In this document: one piece after another, positions 41,169 to 57,094 of the stretch | Position numbering within the stretch: the stretch's first letter is position 1 | Layout: each line of letters begins with the position of its first letter | Source of the DNA: the human T2T-CHM13v2.0 reference genome, Homo sapiens | DNA length: 64,000 bases | Assembly: GCF_009914755.1 (NCBI RefSeq) | Contig: NC_060932.1 | Direction: 5' to 3' (one strand) | Made by a program: the position numbers and the translations under genes | Notes under the pieces: generated by a model | Seen by the model: the letters and a program-made list of their open reading frames with translations, nothing else | Databases searched by the model: none | What the model was told of the DNA's origin: nothing

Positions 41169-42269
41169 CTAAGTAAATTTATGGAAAAAGGTGGCTGTGT
41201 TTCTTAAGGATTATGTATGCAGGTTGTAATCAGAAATAGACAAAAATACCTTTTTAATGGAGAGCAGATGTATCTTGTCAATACTACCTTTCTCACTTCT
41301 AAAGACATCTGGGAAAGATGGGAAAACAAAATGTCTCTAAAAAAAAAATCAGCTTTTACCTAAGTGGTATTCAGGGGCTTTTGCAGGTATATGCACCTTC
41401 AGAAAACAGGCACCCAGGCTGGACCTCATTGGAGCAGGTTGCCCCATCTGGTGCTCACAGAAGGAAGGCAAAAGAAATCACTGCTTTCTCACTTGCTGTG
41501 GCCCACTGCTAGTTCTTCATGACAACTTTAGTTAAAGCAAACCATCCAGCCTTTACTGGTCTCTCTTTCCTGGGCCATAGGTTGCTCTCAACAGCCTGTG
41601 GTTTCTCACGAAGACTCTTAAAGTATTTCTTTTGACTACTTCAATTTATATATACTACAGCTTATTGAGTAACCTGTCTGCGTTTTTCCTCAACATCCAA
41701 CAAGCTGGTTTATCCCAGAGGTCAGAATTATACCAGGTGTCAAGTTAAAGCACAGGGAAAAATCTACTCCATCTGTCCTTTCACCCCATAGTCTGAAAGC
41801 ATGAATGGCTGATAGCCTCGCTCCTTAGATGGCTTTTATTTTGTAAAAGAGTATTGTTTTATGTGACATCAAAAATTTTGTAGGTGATAAGAATTTAGTT
41901 TGTTAGTTTACCTTTGAAGCCTGGATATTAGGCCTCTGCTAGGTGTCCCAATTGATATTCTTAAAAGAAGCCACTTTTGGTGCTGCATTTTCATCTTGGT
42001 GTCTTAGGTACCTTCATGAAAGGCAGTACCACATGAAAGAAATACTTATTTAGTGCCTGTTATGTGCCAAGGACTGTGTTAAGGAGAGATTGCTGGTATG
42101 GTGGAAGGCAGGGAGGAGACAGCAACCTCCACCGAGGTGGAAAGGGAATTTTGTTATTTAAGTATAACATTTCTGGCTGTCCTATCTTTGTGTACTTACT
42201 ATGTTCTAGACCAGAACTGTCCAGTTATATGATGGGAGCTACAAATACAACGCATTTATGTTGATACAG

Positions 42270-42505
42270 ATTTTCTGGTAACCACATTTTACCATTAAAG
42301 AAACTGGTAAAACTAATTTTAGTAATACATTTAATTAAACCAACATATCCAAGACATTTCAACATGTAGTCAGTATAAAAAATTGCTTGTGAGATATTTT
42401 ACGCAAGAATTTAAAACCTGATATGTATTTTACACAGATTGCGTGAGCTGCATCTCAGTTGCTCAGTGACCACACATGGCTGGTGGCTGCATATTAAACA
42501 GCACA
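42270..42505. mobile_element. hAT-Charlie (MER33/MER58-like) element
   Basis: Homologous to 54830-55142 (atatccaa...aacatgta...gagatattttac...ctcagt..ccacacatggctggtggctg). Confidence 0.65.
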
Positions 42506-45338
42506 TGCTAGACTCTTTCCCTATCAGTTGCTGCAAATTCTTTTTAAAAACAAGTCAGAGTATAAATAATTTTATTCACATGTAAATAAATGTAAAATTG
42601 TTAGTGTAATTATGACAGTCATCCTCCAAGACAGGTGTTACCCACCTTTGCTGTAAGGTTAAGGAAGTAGTAGCGGTGTTTTTAGGTATAATGAATAAAT
42701 GCAGTACTAGGGGGTGTGCCTGTGTTAGGGATATTAGTATCAGTTCTTGACAAGATACGTTATTGAAGTTTGATTTCATTTGTTTGAGTTTCAAAGAAGG
42801 CTACATAAATGGTGTTTGTCCTGTGGGAAAAAATAGCGTGTTTGTCTGAAAGGTGGATTACAGACATTTTCAAGATTTTAGTTTTGAGTGGCGTTTGGAT
42901 ACTTTTGGTAGTTAATTCCTCACCTCTATCCCCTAGCTTTTTGCCTGTCTCTAATACAATTGCTTGTTTCTTCATGAAATTGACTCTCCAGGATAAGGGA
43001 AAAAGCCTTCATTTTTATTAATATGCATGATCCCCCCTCCCCATTTCTTTCACTTTTTTCTTCTGTGCTGCCTTTTTCTTCCCTGTTATAATAATCTTTC
43101 AGAACGGCAGTCTCTGGTACAGCAGAGCAATAGTTGGCTGAGGAAGAAGAATTGGGAAGTGGGTTAGGGGGACAATTAAGGGAACAGCATTGTGAGAACT
43201 AATCTGGAGAATTTACCCTAGCCTTGACATCTTAATGTTATTTTCTATTCTCTGTAGTTACAGCTGTAAATCTATAGATAATCCTTAAGTAGCCATGCAG
43301 AGATGGCCCTGGTATTTCCTTTGTTGCTGAATGCAGCTCTTGTATCAGTGAAGAAAGTCAGTAGCAAACTTGTACTTGTCCTTTTGCCTTATAAAACTTT
43401 AGTAGTTTATGGTGTGTCACCAGGAGTGAGGTTTTATTTTGTTTTTCCTTCACTTAGTGTAAAAAATGGAGGAGAACCTTCGAGGGCTAGGACATGACTG
43501 CAGGAGTGGTGGAGGGCTAGGACATGATTACAGGTGATGGAGAACTTGAAGTTGGCAAAATGCCAAGAAATTGACAGCGTTGCATTTAAAAAAGTCAACG
43601 TAGATACAGGACTACCTGCATCATCTTGCTTGTTTTTTATCCTGGACAATTTCCAGGACGATGGGAGTGATGGCCAGGGAAGGCTGCAAGGCACTTCCTT
43701 ACCTCTTATTTTAAAGATTGGATCAAAAACATGCCTTTTTGATGCTGTTTAATATTAATGAAGACTATAATATTTGTGATATTCTTTAAAGTGTATTTGT
43801 CCTGTTTTCCTCTACTGCTTTCTGTGTTTAGTTCTAAATCATTCTGTACCATAGGTTTCGGGAGTCCTAGACGTTAACCTTAACTATGTTAACTGTGTAA
43901 CTTGGCTCACTGTGTGAAAGCAAAAAAACAATTGTTTTAGGGTGTAAGCAAGTGTTATTAATCTTAAAGAGTCTTTTTGTTTGTTTTGGCCATGGGTAGA
44001 AAGCATTGGAGAATATTGAGGAGGTGCAAGCAGTGGTGCTGGGAGACTGTGTGGAGGGTTTTTCGAATGGCAAGTGTTCTAGCTTAACTTATGCCTTTCC
44101 TGTCTAATCTATTCATAGACTGGCTGAAACAGGTTTGCAATATTAGCATAGGAATTCCACTCTCACCCATTTGGTGGGCTGTGAAGTGTTCTGGCCTCTT
44201 GCCAGCGGCTGCTCAGTTTAGGCAGTTGGGAGGTTGCAGGGTGCATATCCTTTCTTGTGAACAGGCAAAGAACTTTAGATCATTCTTTTTCTGAAAACTT
44301 TTTGTTTTTTGAAGGTATGTATCTAAATGTGCTCTTTAATGAAAGGGGAGGGTATAGACTTAAAATTCTTATTGAATATAGAAATACTTGACATTAAAGT
44401 TTGATTTTTAGATCATGTTTCTTGATGGACTCTTGTAACTTGAAGATTTTCTTCCATTAAAAAACAATAATAGAAAATTGTGGGATTTTTGCAATTTGTG
44501 ATGTGTTTGTTTTCACTGTTATTTTTAAAAACAAGTCTAGCATGAAGAGATACCAAGTTTAACCACTTTGGAGTGTGCTAGAAATAAACTGTGGGGAACT
44601 AACTTGGAGAATTTACCTTGATCTTGACATCTTAATGTTACTCTCCATTCTCTGGAGTTACAGCTGTAAATCTATAGATAATATCTAAGTAACCACAGGG
44701 AGAAATGGAACTGGGACAATAAATAAGTAGAATATGCTGACTTTGCTTTAAATGGGCCCATTACTAAGCTAACTCCATTTTTGGCTGCTCAAATATGTCA
44801 GAGACATTTCCCTGAATGAGAGCTATTGAAATGCATGAAGACATCCCTTGGATTAAAGGAGATAAGTCAGAGTTTTTTAGGGAAAGTGTTTTATTTAAGT
44901 AAGATGCTAAGTAGTATTTCATTTTTGTCATCGATTTCTCTGAATGTTTTTTTCTGTTCACTTTAAATATATTTATCCAGACAGTGGAACATGTCAAGGG
45001 AGTAGTCATCTTCATACTGGAATAAGGCGCTGTGGGAACCCCTGTGCTCAGTGTCCTGCCTAACCTGACCTCTGATGCAACAACGTGTCTTTCTTACTTG
45101 AAAATCATGGTAGAAGACTTAGATCAAAGAAGGAAATAATTCAGTCTAATTTTGGAAAACATCTTTCCTTAGATGTGAGCTTAAGGCTTGCAGTTTTACT
45201 TTTTGCAAGAAAGTTCAAAACCAATATTCACACATAAATAAGGTCTCTAAGCTAGGATATCATTGATGAAGAAAACAAACAACAACAGTAAGAGACTAGC
45301 CATTCATAGAATAAAAATGAGCCCAATAATAAGATCAG

Positions 45339-45660
45339 TTTTTTGTTTTGTTTTCTTTTGTTTTGTTTTCTTTTGAGATGGAGTCTTGCTCTGTCGCCCA
45401 GGAGATGGAGTTTGCAGTGGTGCGATCTTGGCTCACTGCAGACTCCATCTCCTGGGCTCAAGTGATCCTCCCACCTCATCCTCCAGAGTACCTGGGGCTA
45501 CAGTCGCCCACCACCGCACCTGGCTGATTTTTGTATTTTTAGTAGAGACGGGGTTTCACCATGTTGGCCAGGCTGGTCTCGAACTCCTTTCCTCGGGTGA
45601 TCCACCTGCCTCAGCCTCCCAAAGTGCTGGGTTTACAGGTGTGAGCCACCGCGCCCTGCT
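45339..45660 (-). mobile_element. Alu (J/S) with a small internal duplication
   Basis: (TTTTG/TTTTC)n tail; GAGATGGAGT occurs twice near the tail. Confidence 0.92.
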
Positions 45661-47661
45661 GCAAATCATTAAATCAGTTTTAATAAGCTCCCCACGTCAA
45701 AGAGCCATGTTAGATGCTAGAGTGGTATTTCATACTGAATATAAATTTAATTCCAAAGTAAGTAAATGCAAAGAGACAAGTGTCAGTTTATTTCTTTCAT
45801 TTAATGTTTTCTCTGTCATTTTTTAAGCCTCTCACCCCTCCACTATTCTGTGTAGTGGTCACACACTAGGTGGAGCTGCCAGGACTCTGCCCCTCACTGC
45901 TAGCACAGGTTGCTGGGCAGGCAAGAGCACAGAGTTGTGAAGACCACAGGCTTCATATACACTGAGAACTCCATTTAAATGTGGCTCTTCCATTTTTTTC
46001 TTAAGTCATCTTAAATGATACATACTTAACTTCCCTAAACCTCAGTTTCTTGATACAGTGATTGTACCGATTATACAGAATTATGAGAATTAAATGAGAT
46101 AATGACTGTAAAATTTTTAGCACAGCATGTGGTATATGCCCAATAAATGTTAAATATTTTTTATTTTAACTACTGTTGTAGTGATTATCAAAATGAGCTT
46201 TTGGAATTCTTTCTTTTTTTACTTTCTACTCTTTCACTTTGAAGTAGACTGACTTTCCCTTATTTTGGAAAACAGGACATCATCTATCAGTGCCTTAAAA
46301 ATCAACTTACTAGATTCTCCATAAGGCAGACAAAAATTCATAATGTTTTGTAGGGGGGAGCAAAAATTACCATCACACTACTGTATTTCTTTTCAGTTGA
46401 ATCTCTAGGAAATATTACTGTATATAAAATACTAGCTGCTTTCTAAGTGTTTCTTTCTAACTTCAACCAAGGTGAAAACCATCACTTAGTTTTCAGAAAC
46501 TTCAAATGGCAGGTTAAGTTGACGTCCTGTTTCATATTGCTAGGGATGGTCGCTGGTATTCCCTCTAGCATGCAAGAAGTTCACCCACTGACCTATAATA
46601 TATATAGTTCTACATAGAGAAAGTTCAGTAGTACTAAGTCTTTGTTAAGTATAATTTTAAACTTACAAGTACCTTAAATCCAGTGATCCACTTCATGCCC
46701 TTGTTGTTACTAGCATCTTACCATGTTTTCATGGTGTGCTCTCCAAAACCCTGAGATGAACTTATACTTTAGTGGATGGGTTCCTGTTGACTGGCACTGA
46801 AGGCCCTGTTGTGAACTCAGTTGATTTATGAAGGCTATCCCACTTAAGATTTTTATAATGCTTCTTTATCCTAATCTGTTTTTTTTTCTTAAAAAGTAAC
46901 TTCATAGGTTTTAAAGTGTGGAAGACACAAAAGAATTGAAAGGTTGGCTGCAGTGTAATTTAGTAGCTAAATTTTAAAAAATAAGAAGGCAGTTCACATT
47001 TTTTCAAATAAGTAAGGAAGGTTTACATTTTTGGAGACAGTTTTTATCCATAAAAAACATTTATGGGCAGCACTATAACACCATTGCCATTTTTTTTTAG
47101 AATTTACTATTTAGAGCGAGAAGAGACTTGTGTAAGAATTGAGCTTGGAGCCAGGTTTTCTCTGCAAGAAAGAGTGGTTCTGTCTTTGCTCAAATTTAAA
47201 TATAGGGAGAAGACCCTTTTGTTTATTATCTTCCAACTTTATACACTATAGTTTTTAAATATTTTTAACAATATTTTAATGTATTTTTAAATAAAAATAT
47301 TGGTAAAAATGAGATTGAAAAAAGTAAACAGAAAACCTATTTATCTAATGTCCATCAGTTGTAATATGTTTACTAAATATTGTGTATATTTTTATATGTA
47401 TTTTATTGAATTGTAATCTATATACAATCTGTGTATTAAATGAAATGTTTCCTGAATTTTATACTATAGAGTGGTTGCAATCCAGGCTGTCATATATGTT
47501 CAGTCAACTCAAGGTTTAAGGAAAGAAAACCCTTTTAAATATAACCGTGTACTGAAATGTATCAGAAAGTATCTAGGATTTTCCAAGTTATTTTTTAAAG
47601 AAGGTTTGCCGTGTACTTTGATATCATGCTAATAATGAGTGTTTGTAGAAAATATATAACC

Positions 47662-47855
47662 TAGTACTGTCCGTGATCTTTCTGTCATGATGAAAATGTT
47701 CTATATTTGCTCAGTCCAATATGGTAGCCACTAGCCACAAATGGCTACTGTACCCTTGAAATGGGGCTAGTGAGGCTGAAGAACTGAAATTTTAATTTTA
47801 TTTGATTTTAATTTAAATAGCCATGAGGCTAGTGACTTTCATATAGGACCACTGA
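47662..47855. mobile_element. MER3-like hAT element
   Basis: tgatgaaaatgttcta...gtccaatatggtagccactagccaca. Confidence 0.8.
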
Positions 47856-48266
47856 AGTATAACCACACAAGCCAAATTATTTCAAGTATCAGAAAATAAG
47901 ATGTAGAGCACAATTAAAAATAGAAAGGAGAGTTTTTTGTTGCATATGTAGCCAGTGTAAGCTTTGTGTTTCCACTTTTATTCTCTCTCACCTCTTAATA
48001 GGTGGCCCTGAAACCATGGGTATCTCGTGTCTTTGGCCTTGTGATGTAGTGATAGGATATAGTCATCTATACATGGTAATGCTGACATAAGTCACTTCAT
48101 GATTTTTTGGAATAAATTTTTGCTGGGTATCAGCCAATTGTTAAACACAGCATATTGTTTTAACTAATGCAAGTATAGCATCTTGTTTTATGGTATAAGT
48201 GATATTTTAGAAAGTTGTTAATCCCAAAAAAGTCCCTGTCACAAATGCTTCATATAAAATATTTAA

Positions 48267-48425
48267 GGCCAGGCACGGTGGTGTGCACCTGTAGCCCAGC
48301 TATCTGGGGGGCTGAGGCAGGAGGATTGCTTGAGCCCAGGAGTTTGAGGAGGTTACAGTGTGCCATAATTGCACCTGTGAATAGCCACTGCACTCCAGCC
48401 TGGGCAGCATAGTGAGACTGTCTCT
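48267..48425 (+). mobile_element. FAM-type fossil Alu monomer followed by a short (CA)n
   Basis: Single monomer retaining the 7SL-derived cctgtgaatagccactgcactccagcctggg segment that dimeric Alus lack. Confidence 0.8.
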
Positions 48426-48936
48426 TTTAAATGCACACACACATACGCGCATACACACACACACATTTAAAATGGATGGGGTGGGTGCATTGCATATCTT
48501 AGTTAATATCCACTAGATTTTTGGTTTATTAATTAGGTCATGGGTAGGACCTTGATAGAAAATAATTTGCCAAATCCTTTAAGTCATCAAGTCTAAGCAA
48601 ATATATTAAATGCCATTGAAGTGCTCACTTTAAAATGCTTAATTTTATGTTACATGAATCTCAACTTGATTTTTAAAAAGGGTCTAAAGTACTAATTTTA
48701 CATCTTATTGCTGGAGAGAAGAGCTCCATTCTTTGAAAACCAGAAAAGAGGATCGTAGGATGAATATTCTATATTGAGTCTCTAACATTTGTCCTCACCT
48801 GGATGGAAATTTCCCACATTCTGCTGGGATTGGGGCCTTAAAAAATGACTGTAGGAAATCCAGCCCTTTATTAAATGAAGATTCCAGAGAGCTCTGTCCA
48901 GTGGAATTTTCTGGGATGATAGAAGTCTTCTTTTTG

Positions 48937-49082
48937 GTGTCCAGTATGGTAGCCTGTAGGCCCTTGTGGTTAGGAAGCACTTGAAATGGGGCTAGTATGA
49001 CAGAGGAACTGAATTTTAAATTTTAATTTTAACCAACTTAAACAGCCATATTTGGCTACTGACTACTATTGGACAGTGCAAT
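48937..49082. mobile_element. MER3-like fragment
   Basis: gtccagtatggtagcc...cacttgaaatggggctagt...gaactgaattttaaa...attggacagtgca. Confidence 0.75.
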
Positions 49083-49669
49083 TCTAGAATCATAATTGGT
49101 AGAGAAGTAGTCTTCAAACTTTTTTGTCTCCTAAGAGAATTTTAAAAAAAATTCTCTTTTTCAGTTTGAATACATGCATTAAAATGTGTTTGTCTTCATG
49201 ACAATTATCTCACTAAACAGGCATTTGTCACCTGGATGAAATGAAGGACTGCCCTCTTGATATTTATTAACTCTCTGCTTTGCTGCCAAGTGACTCTTCC
49301 TAAAGAGGTTGGTGTCCCAGAGGTTTTTATACTCCAGGGCAACACACTGTAATAATATTTGGGATGAGTGAAAGCCATTTTGGTAAAGAGAAGTGATTGT
49401 AAAAAGGAAGGTGGAAAGGGGGACTTTTAGAAAATAGATACCAAAGATGACAGTGTTAGTTCTGATAGAATGTATTTTGAGCCATTCTGGTTTGATACTT
49501 AGATACCAGAACTATTCTAGTTAATAAAATGAGGCATGATTAGTATAAGAAAGAACACTTAACCTTCCTGCTACTAAGGCAGGTGGGGGCATTCATCCAG
49601 ATTATTTAATATGTGAGACAAATATGTTCAGGTAACTGCTTGTCTGTTTATAATTGTTTTATTTAAAGT

Positions 49670-50868
<1,199 letters not shown>

Positions 50869-51101
50869 GTTTAAAGGGAAGTTACAAACAGTAACTTTTT
50901 CTTACAAAATTGAAAACCCATTTTTATCTAGAAAAAAAATCTAACTGTGTTTGGGAGTGGGAAGGTAAAGTGCAGCTGGGGTGCTGGCCACCACTGCCAG
51001 GTCATGTCTTGAGCAGGAATGAGTCAGATAGCCTGTGAGAGAAGGCAGCGAATGGATTGGTTTTTGCTCTTAAGCAAACCTATTGTTTCTGATGCTGTTT
51101 G

Positions 51102-51288
51102 CTTCTCTCCCTCTCCATCTCCCTCTCCCTCTCTCTCTCTCCGCCTCCCTTTCTCCCTCTCCCTCTCTCCCGCTCTCTGTCTCCCTCTCTCTCTCCCTCC
51201 CTCTCTCCCTCTCTCCCTCTCTCCCTCTCCCTCTCCCTCTCCCTCCCTCTCTCCCTCTTTCTCTCAGTCTCTCTCACTCTCACCTTCT
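51102..51288. repeat. (CT)n/(CCCTCT)n polypyrimidine microsatellite
   Basis: About 185 bp of nearly pure C/T. Confidence 0.95.
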
Positions 51289-51978
51289 GGTGAGAGAGCA
51301 TTTATGGTAAACAACTCACTTTAAATTGAGGCCTGGTACTCCGTAATTGAGAGGTATTCCTGTTGCTCTGCAGAGGTAAGCCCCCGTCAGTCATGCCTAG
51401 ACTCTGCTGTCCCAGGGAAGTAGAACCCACCATGTAAGCCTCTTCTTACTCATGTCTCTAGTATGGGATTTAAAAATTCTCTTAGTGAAAATCATGTGTT
51501 AAATAATGAGTTTAAGCTGGAGTGTGAAAAATAAGGTTGTTGAGAACGGAGGACAGCTATGTAGGGTGAGTCTTGGAGGACGGCTGGGTCTTATTGAGGT
51601 CATTCATTCATTCATTCATCCATCTATTCATCGGATGTTTAGTGACTGCCTAGTATGTGATACGTGCTGAGAATATAATGTTAAATGCTATCTTTTTCTT
51701 GCTGCCAGGAAGCTCAGCTGTGGCTCCCACTGAGTGGTAAGCATGCATTTGGATTGCTGTGTAGTAATGTTGGTGAGAATGAGCACAAGTTTAGTTCAGG
51801 GAAGAGGTAGACTGTTCAGTTTGGGGTCAGACAAGGCTTCACAGAGGTTTTCAGCTTTGGAAATCTGAAATATACATATACTCAGAGTTGATGAGGCTTT
51901 GGGATTGACTTCATAAGATGGTCCTAGGAGTTGGTATCTGAAGACGGTGGAGGCCAGTTAGTACTTTATAGACCTTAA

Positions 51979-53243
<1,265 letters not shown>

Positions 53244-54144
53244 TATATTCCCAGTTCCACCGTTGCCTTTTTCTGCTCTCAGGGTACATGGGAACTCAAA
53301 TTCATAATCAGACCATGTTTGGTGCGAATAGAGTGGGGGCAAAGGGGGTTTATGTTTCTGAGGTTTATCTAGGATGTTCATCCAGGCTTCCCTATATCTC
53401 TGCCAGACAGCAGAGGTCTTTTTGGTAGAAGGATTTCCATAATCCATGTATTTTCTAGAACTTGTTGGCTAAATGGCTAAGTGAATGTTTTTTGGAGTGC
53501 TACCAGACCCTGCCCTTCCTGTTAATAAATAGATTAATTAATTAATCAGAAATTTTCTTAAAATTTAGATGTACATCTAAGTTGGATAAAGTAAGATCTT
53601 CAGGAGCCCTTGGCCAGTGTCAGTATAGAACATCTACCTGATAATTTCTTCTAGAGAACTGGGCCCACTTGGGCTTCCCCTTGGTAAGAGATGCTGAGGT
53701 TCTGGTTGGGCTGGTCAGGATCTGATATGAGCACTGTTGTATTCTCTTTACTTCCTTTCCAATTGCCATGAGAGGGGAGTCTCTGCCCCACATTTTTAAC
53801 CAGTCCTTCACCAGACTCTTGGGTCTTAGTCTGTGTCATCTCTTCATGGGCCCTTAGCATGTTCTGTCTGTGTAGGTCCTCTCAGTAAAGTCCTTCTTAA
53901 AGCACAAATAAACAAAAGCCCCATCTTCCTCTAACTACTGCTCCAGGCACAGTGAACTGATTTTAGTTCTTCACAACCTTTTCACCCCTGAGCTTCTGGC
54001 ACATAACACTCACCCCTAGTTTAGAAATCCTTATGTCTGCAAAGCCTCTGCTGACACTGCTGAATGTGGGGTCTGGGCTTCTCCTCCACACCAGTCTTGC
54101 TGTCTCTGTTACGATTATTGCTCCTCTGCACACTTTGGAAGGCA

Positions 54145-54380
54145 GCACAGCACAGTGTTGAAGAGCATGGCCCTGGAGTCCCGACTCTGTCACTTAGTGA
54201 GCTGTGTGGCCTGGGGTGAATTACATAGCTTCTCTGTGCCTCAGTTTTCTCACCTCTAACATGGGAATCATACTTGGACCTATTTAACCGTGTTATTAGA
54301 AAGACTGAGATAATACATGTACTGTGCTTAGAATTGTGCTTGGTACATAGTAAGTTGTCTGTAAATTATTACTGCTATCG
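54145..54380 (+). mobile_element. MIR SINE
   Basis: gagctgtgtggcctgggg...cttctctgtgcctcagttttctcacct... Confidence 0.8.
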
Positions 54381-54829
54381 ATGCCACATTATTACTATTT
54401 TTGCTGCTACTAGGACTCTGTTTTTGCTAGTATACTCTGTTGCCCCCACTGTACTCTGAGTTGAGTGAGGTCAGGGTTCCTGTCCCTCATTTTCTCTGTC
54501 GTAGCTTCAGTGTGTGGGCACATACATTCTATAGGTGCTTGTTGAATGTGTGATATGCTAGGACAGAGGAGTGGGAGCGAAGAGGGATCTTGCAGGGTGG
54601 GGAGACAATGGCATTCAGAGGCCTCCTGCTGGAGGACATGTCTTCAGGGCTGAGCTATACCTGATGGCTGGAAGCTAGCCAGGACCAAGGATCACATGAC
54701 AGTAGCACAGAGGCCCCGAGGGTTGGTGGGGGGGCGGCAGGGGGAGGTGGGAGAAGATGGGACTGCAGAGGTGAGGCCAGCAAAGAAATGGGAGTCATGC
54801 TGGGCAGGTCGGTCCAGTGAGGGGAGCAG

Positions 54830-55142
54830 GGTGTGGCCATATGTGCCGTGTAAAATTATCTAGTCACCATGTTAAAGAGCAAAAAGAAACAAGCAAAATT
54901 AACTGTGATATATTTCATTTAATGCAAGATATATCCAAAAGATTGTGTCAACATGTAATATTTAACCATTTCAACAAATCATATTTAATAGAGAAATACT
55001 GATGAGATATTTTACATTGTTTTTGTACTAAGTCTTTGAGATCTGGTGCTTTTGTACTTGTAGCACATCTCAGTTTGGATTGGCCACATTCCAGGTACTC
55101 AGTAGCCACACATGGCTGGTGGCTGCCACGTCAGACAGCATG
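54830..55142. mobile_element. hAT-Charlie (MER33-like) element
   Basis: tagcacatctcagtttggattggccacattcca...ctcagtagccacacatggct. Confidence 0.7.
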
Positions 55143-55708
55143 GCTTGGTAGAAGACAGTTGAGAGGTAATGGGTTTTGAATTAAGACAGTGTGGGTGGGG
55201 AGCGGTCAGGGGAGTAGAACTTTACAGGATGACTGCCATGTCTCTTGCTTACTAGATGAGTGGTGACCTCCCAGTTGATGGAAGAATTTAGGAAAACAAT
55301 GCAAGGTTTATTTCTTTAATATTTTTCAGGAATAAAGGGGCAGGAAGTAAGATGAGTTAAGTTTTAGAGTTTGAGATTTCGTTGAGACATTGGACCTTGT
55401 GGATAGGGAGCTTAGTAGAGAGTTTATGATCTTGAGGCCTGGGAAGAGGAGCAGAAGCTCTTTAAGCCCAGCATAAGACTCCCTGGCCTATCCCTTCCCC
55501 TCCTGAGCTGAGCCCACCACTCACTTGGACATCCTGTCACTACTCCCATCCTTTCTCTGGCTTGAGGGCTGTCTTCTTGGGCTTCAGTGGAAGATAGATA
55601 ATCACCTCCCACCCCGACCAGTCAGTGGGCTGTGGTCAGAGAGGAAAAGAGGAGCATAGATGGGTCTGACTTCACAAACATGCCTTAACCTTCATCTGCA
55701 GTGACTGA

Positions 55709-56024
<316 letters not shown>

Positions 56025-56933
56025 TGACAGAAATATTTCACAGTTCATGAGCCATTCAGATTTTAAAGTTTATTTAAAAATTATGTACAATGAAATCACA
56101 AGCCATTTTGAATTAAAAAGAAGTAAGATTGAGATAGTTCAACTGCTACTGGAAAATGTCTGTACCTTTTTATTTTTGATATCAAATTCTGAGATCTTTT
56201 TCTGGGTCTCTTTCTAGCAGTACTTTTGTTTGGCAGTGTCTCTGGGAATGAGATGAGGGATTGCAATTAGTTCATGGCAGAAAGGGAATATTTGTTGCTT
56301 GTTGACTCTTATTTAGAATATTCAAAGATGAGGTAAGAAGCTCATCCATCTATTCAGCCATTCATTCATTCATTCATTCACCAGTCAACATTGTTGTGCA
56401 TTTACAATGTGCTGGATGCTATGTGAGGTCCTGAAGGTATTCTCCCCTTTAAAAATCCCAGTTACCATGTAGTGATGTAACTGTAACAAAGAGATAAATG
56501 CAGACTTGTATGGGAGAAGAAATGCAGGGCCAGGAAGGAAGGTGAAGCTTGAGCCAGGTGAAAGGGGTGATGAAGGAGAAACTTACGCAGACATAGTACA
56601 GAACATGTAGCTTTCATAGAACAGCAAATGTTGCAATATTGCCTTGAAACAGTCTTCAAAATGTGCTTTCATTTATGTGTGCATTTGTTAGTTCTACAAA
56701 AGGTTCAAGGCACTGTGTTGAGCGCTCTGGAGGTGCAGCTGCTTTAAGGTGTAAATGCACGAGGCAGCATGAGTGCCCTTTTCAAGAGCAGAGAGCACAT
56801 GAGCAGCTGCAGTACCCAGACTGAGGAGATGTGACATCCACATTAACATTTGAAGGTGTCGTGGGACTTTGATATTCCACCCGCAGACAATAGGCCTCTG
56901 GTATGTGTCAGTCCCTGCATTAGATGTTGGGGA

Positions 56934-57088
56934 TATGCATACACACACACACACACACGCACACGCATGCATGCACACACACATGTATTTATATATGTGC
57001 ATACACACACCCCACACACATATGCATGCATGCACGCACACGTGTATTTATATACATGCATACACACACACACACGTATGTATATATA
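56934..57088. repeat. Compound (CA)/(TA)/(TG) alternating purine-pyrimidine microsatellite
   Basis: About 155 bp of almost uninterrupted purine-pyrimidine alternation. Confidence 0.92.
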
Positions 57089-57094
57089 AATGAC

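Noticed and set aside
51019-51324. SP/ER-repeat ORFs and a possible SVA element
   Set aside because: Translations of a CT microsatellite; no SVA body follows.
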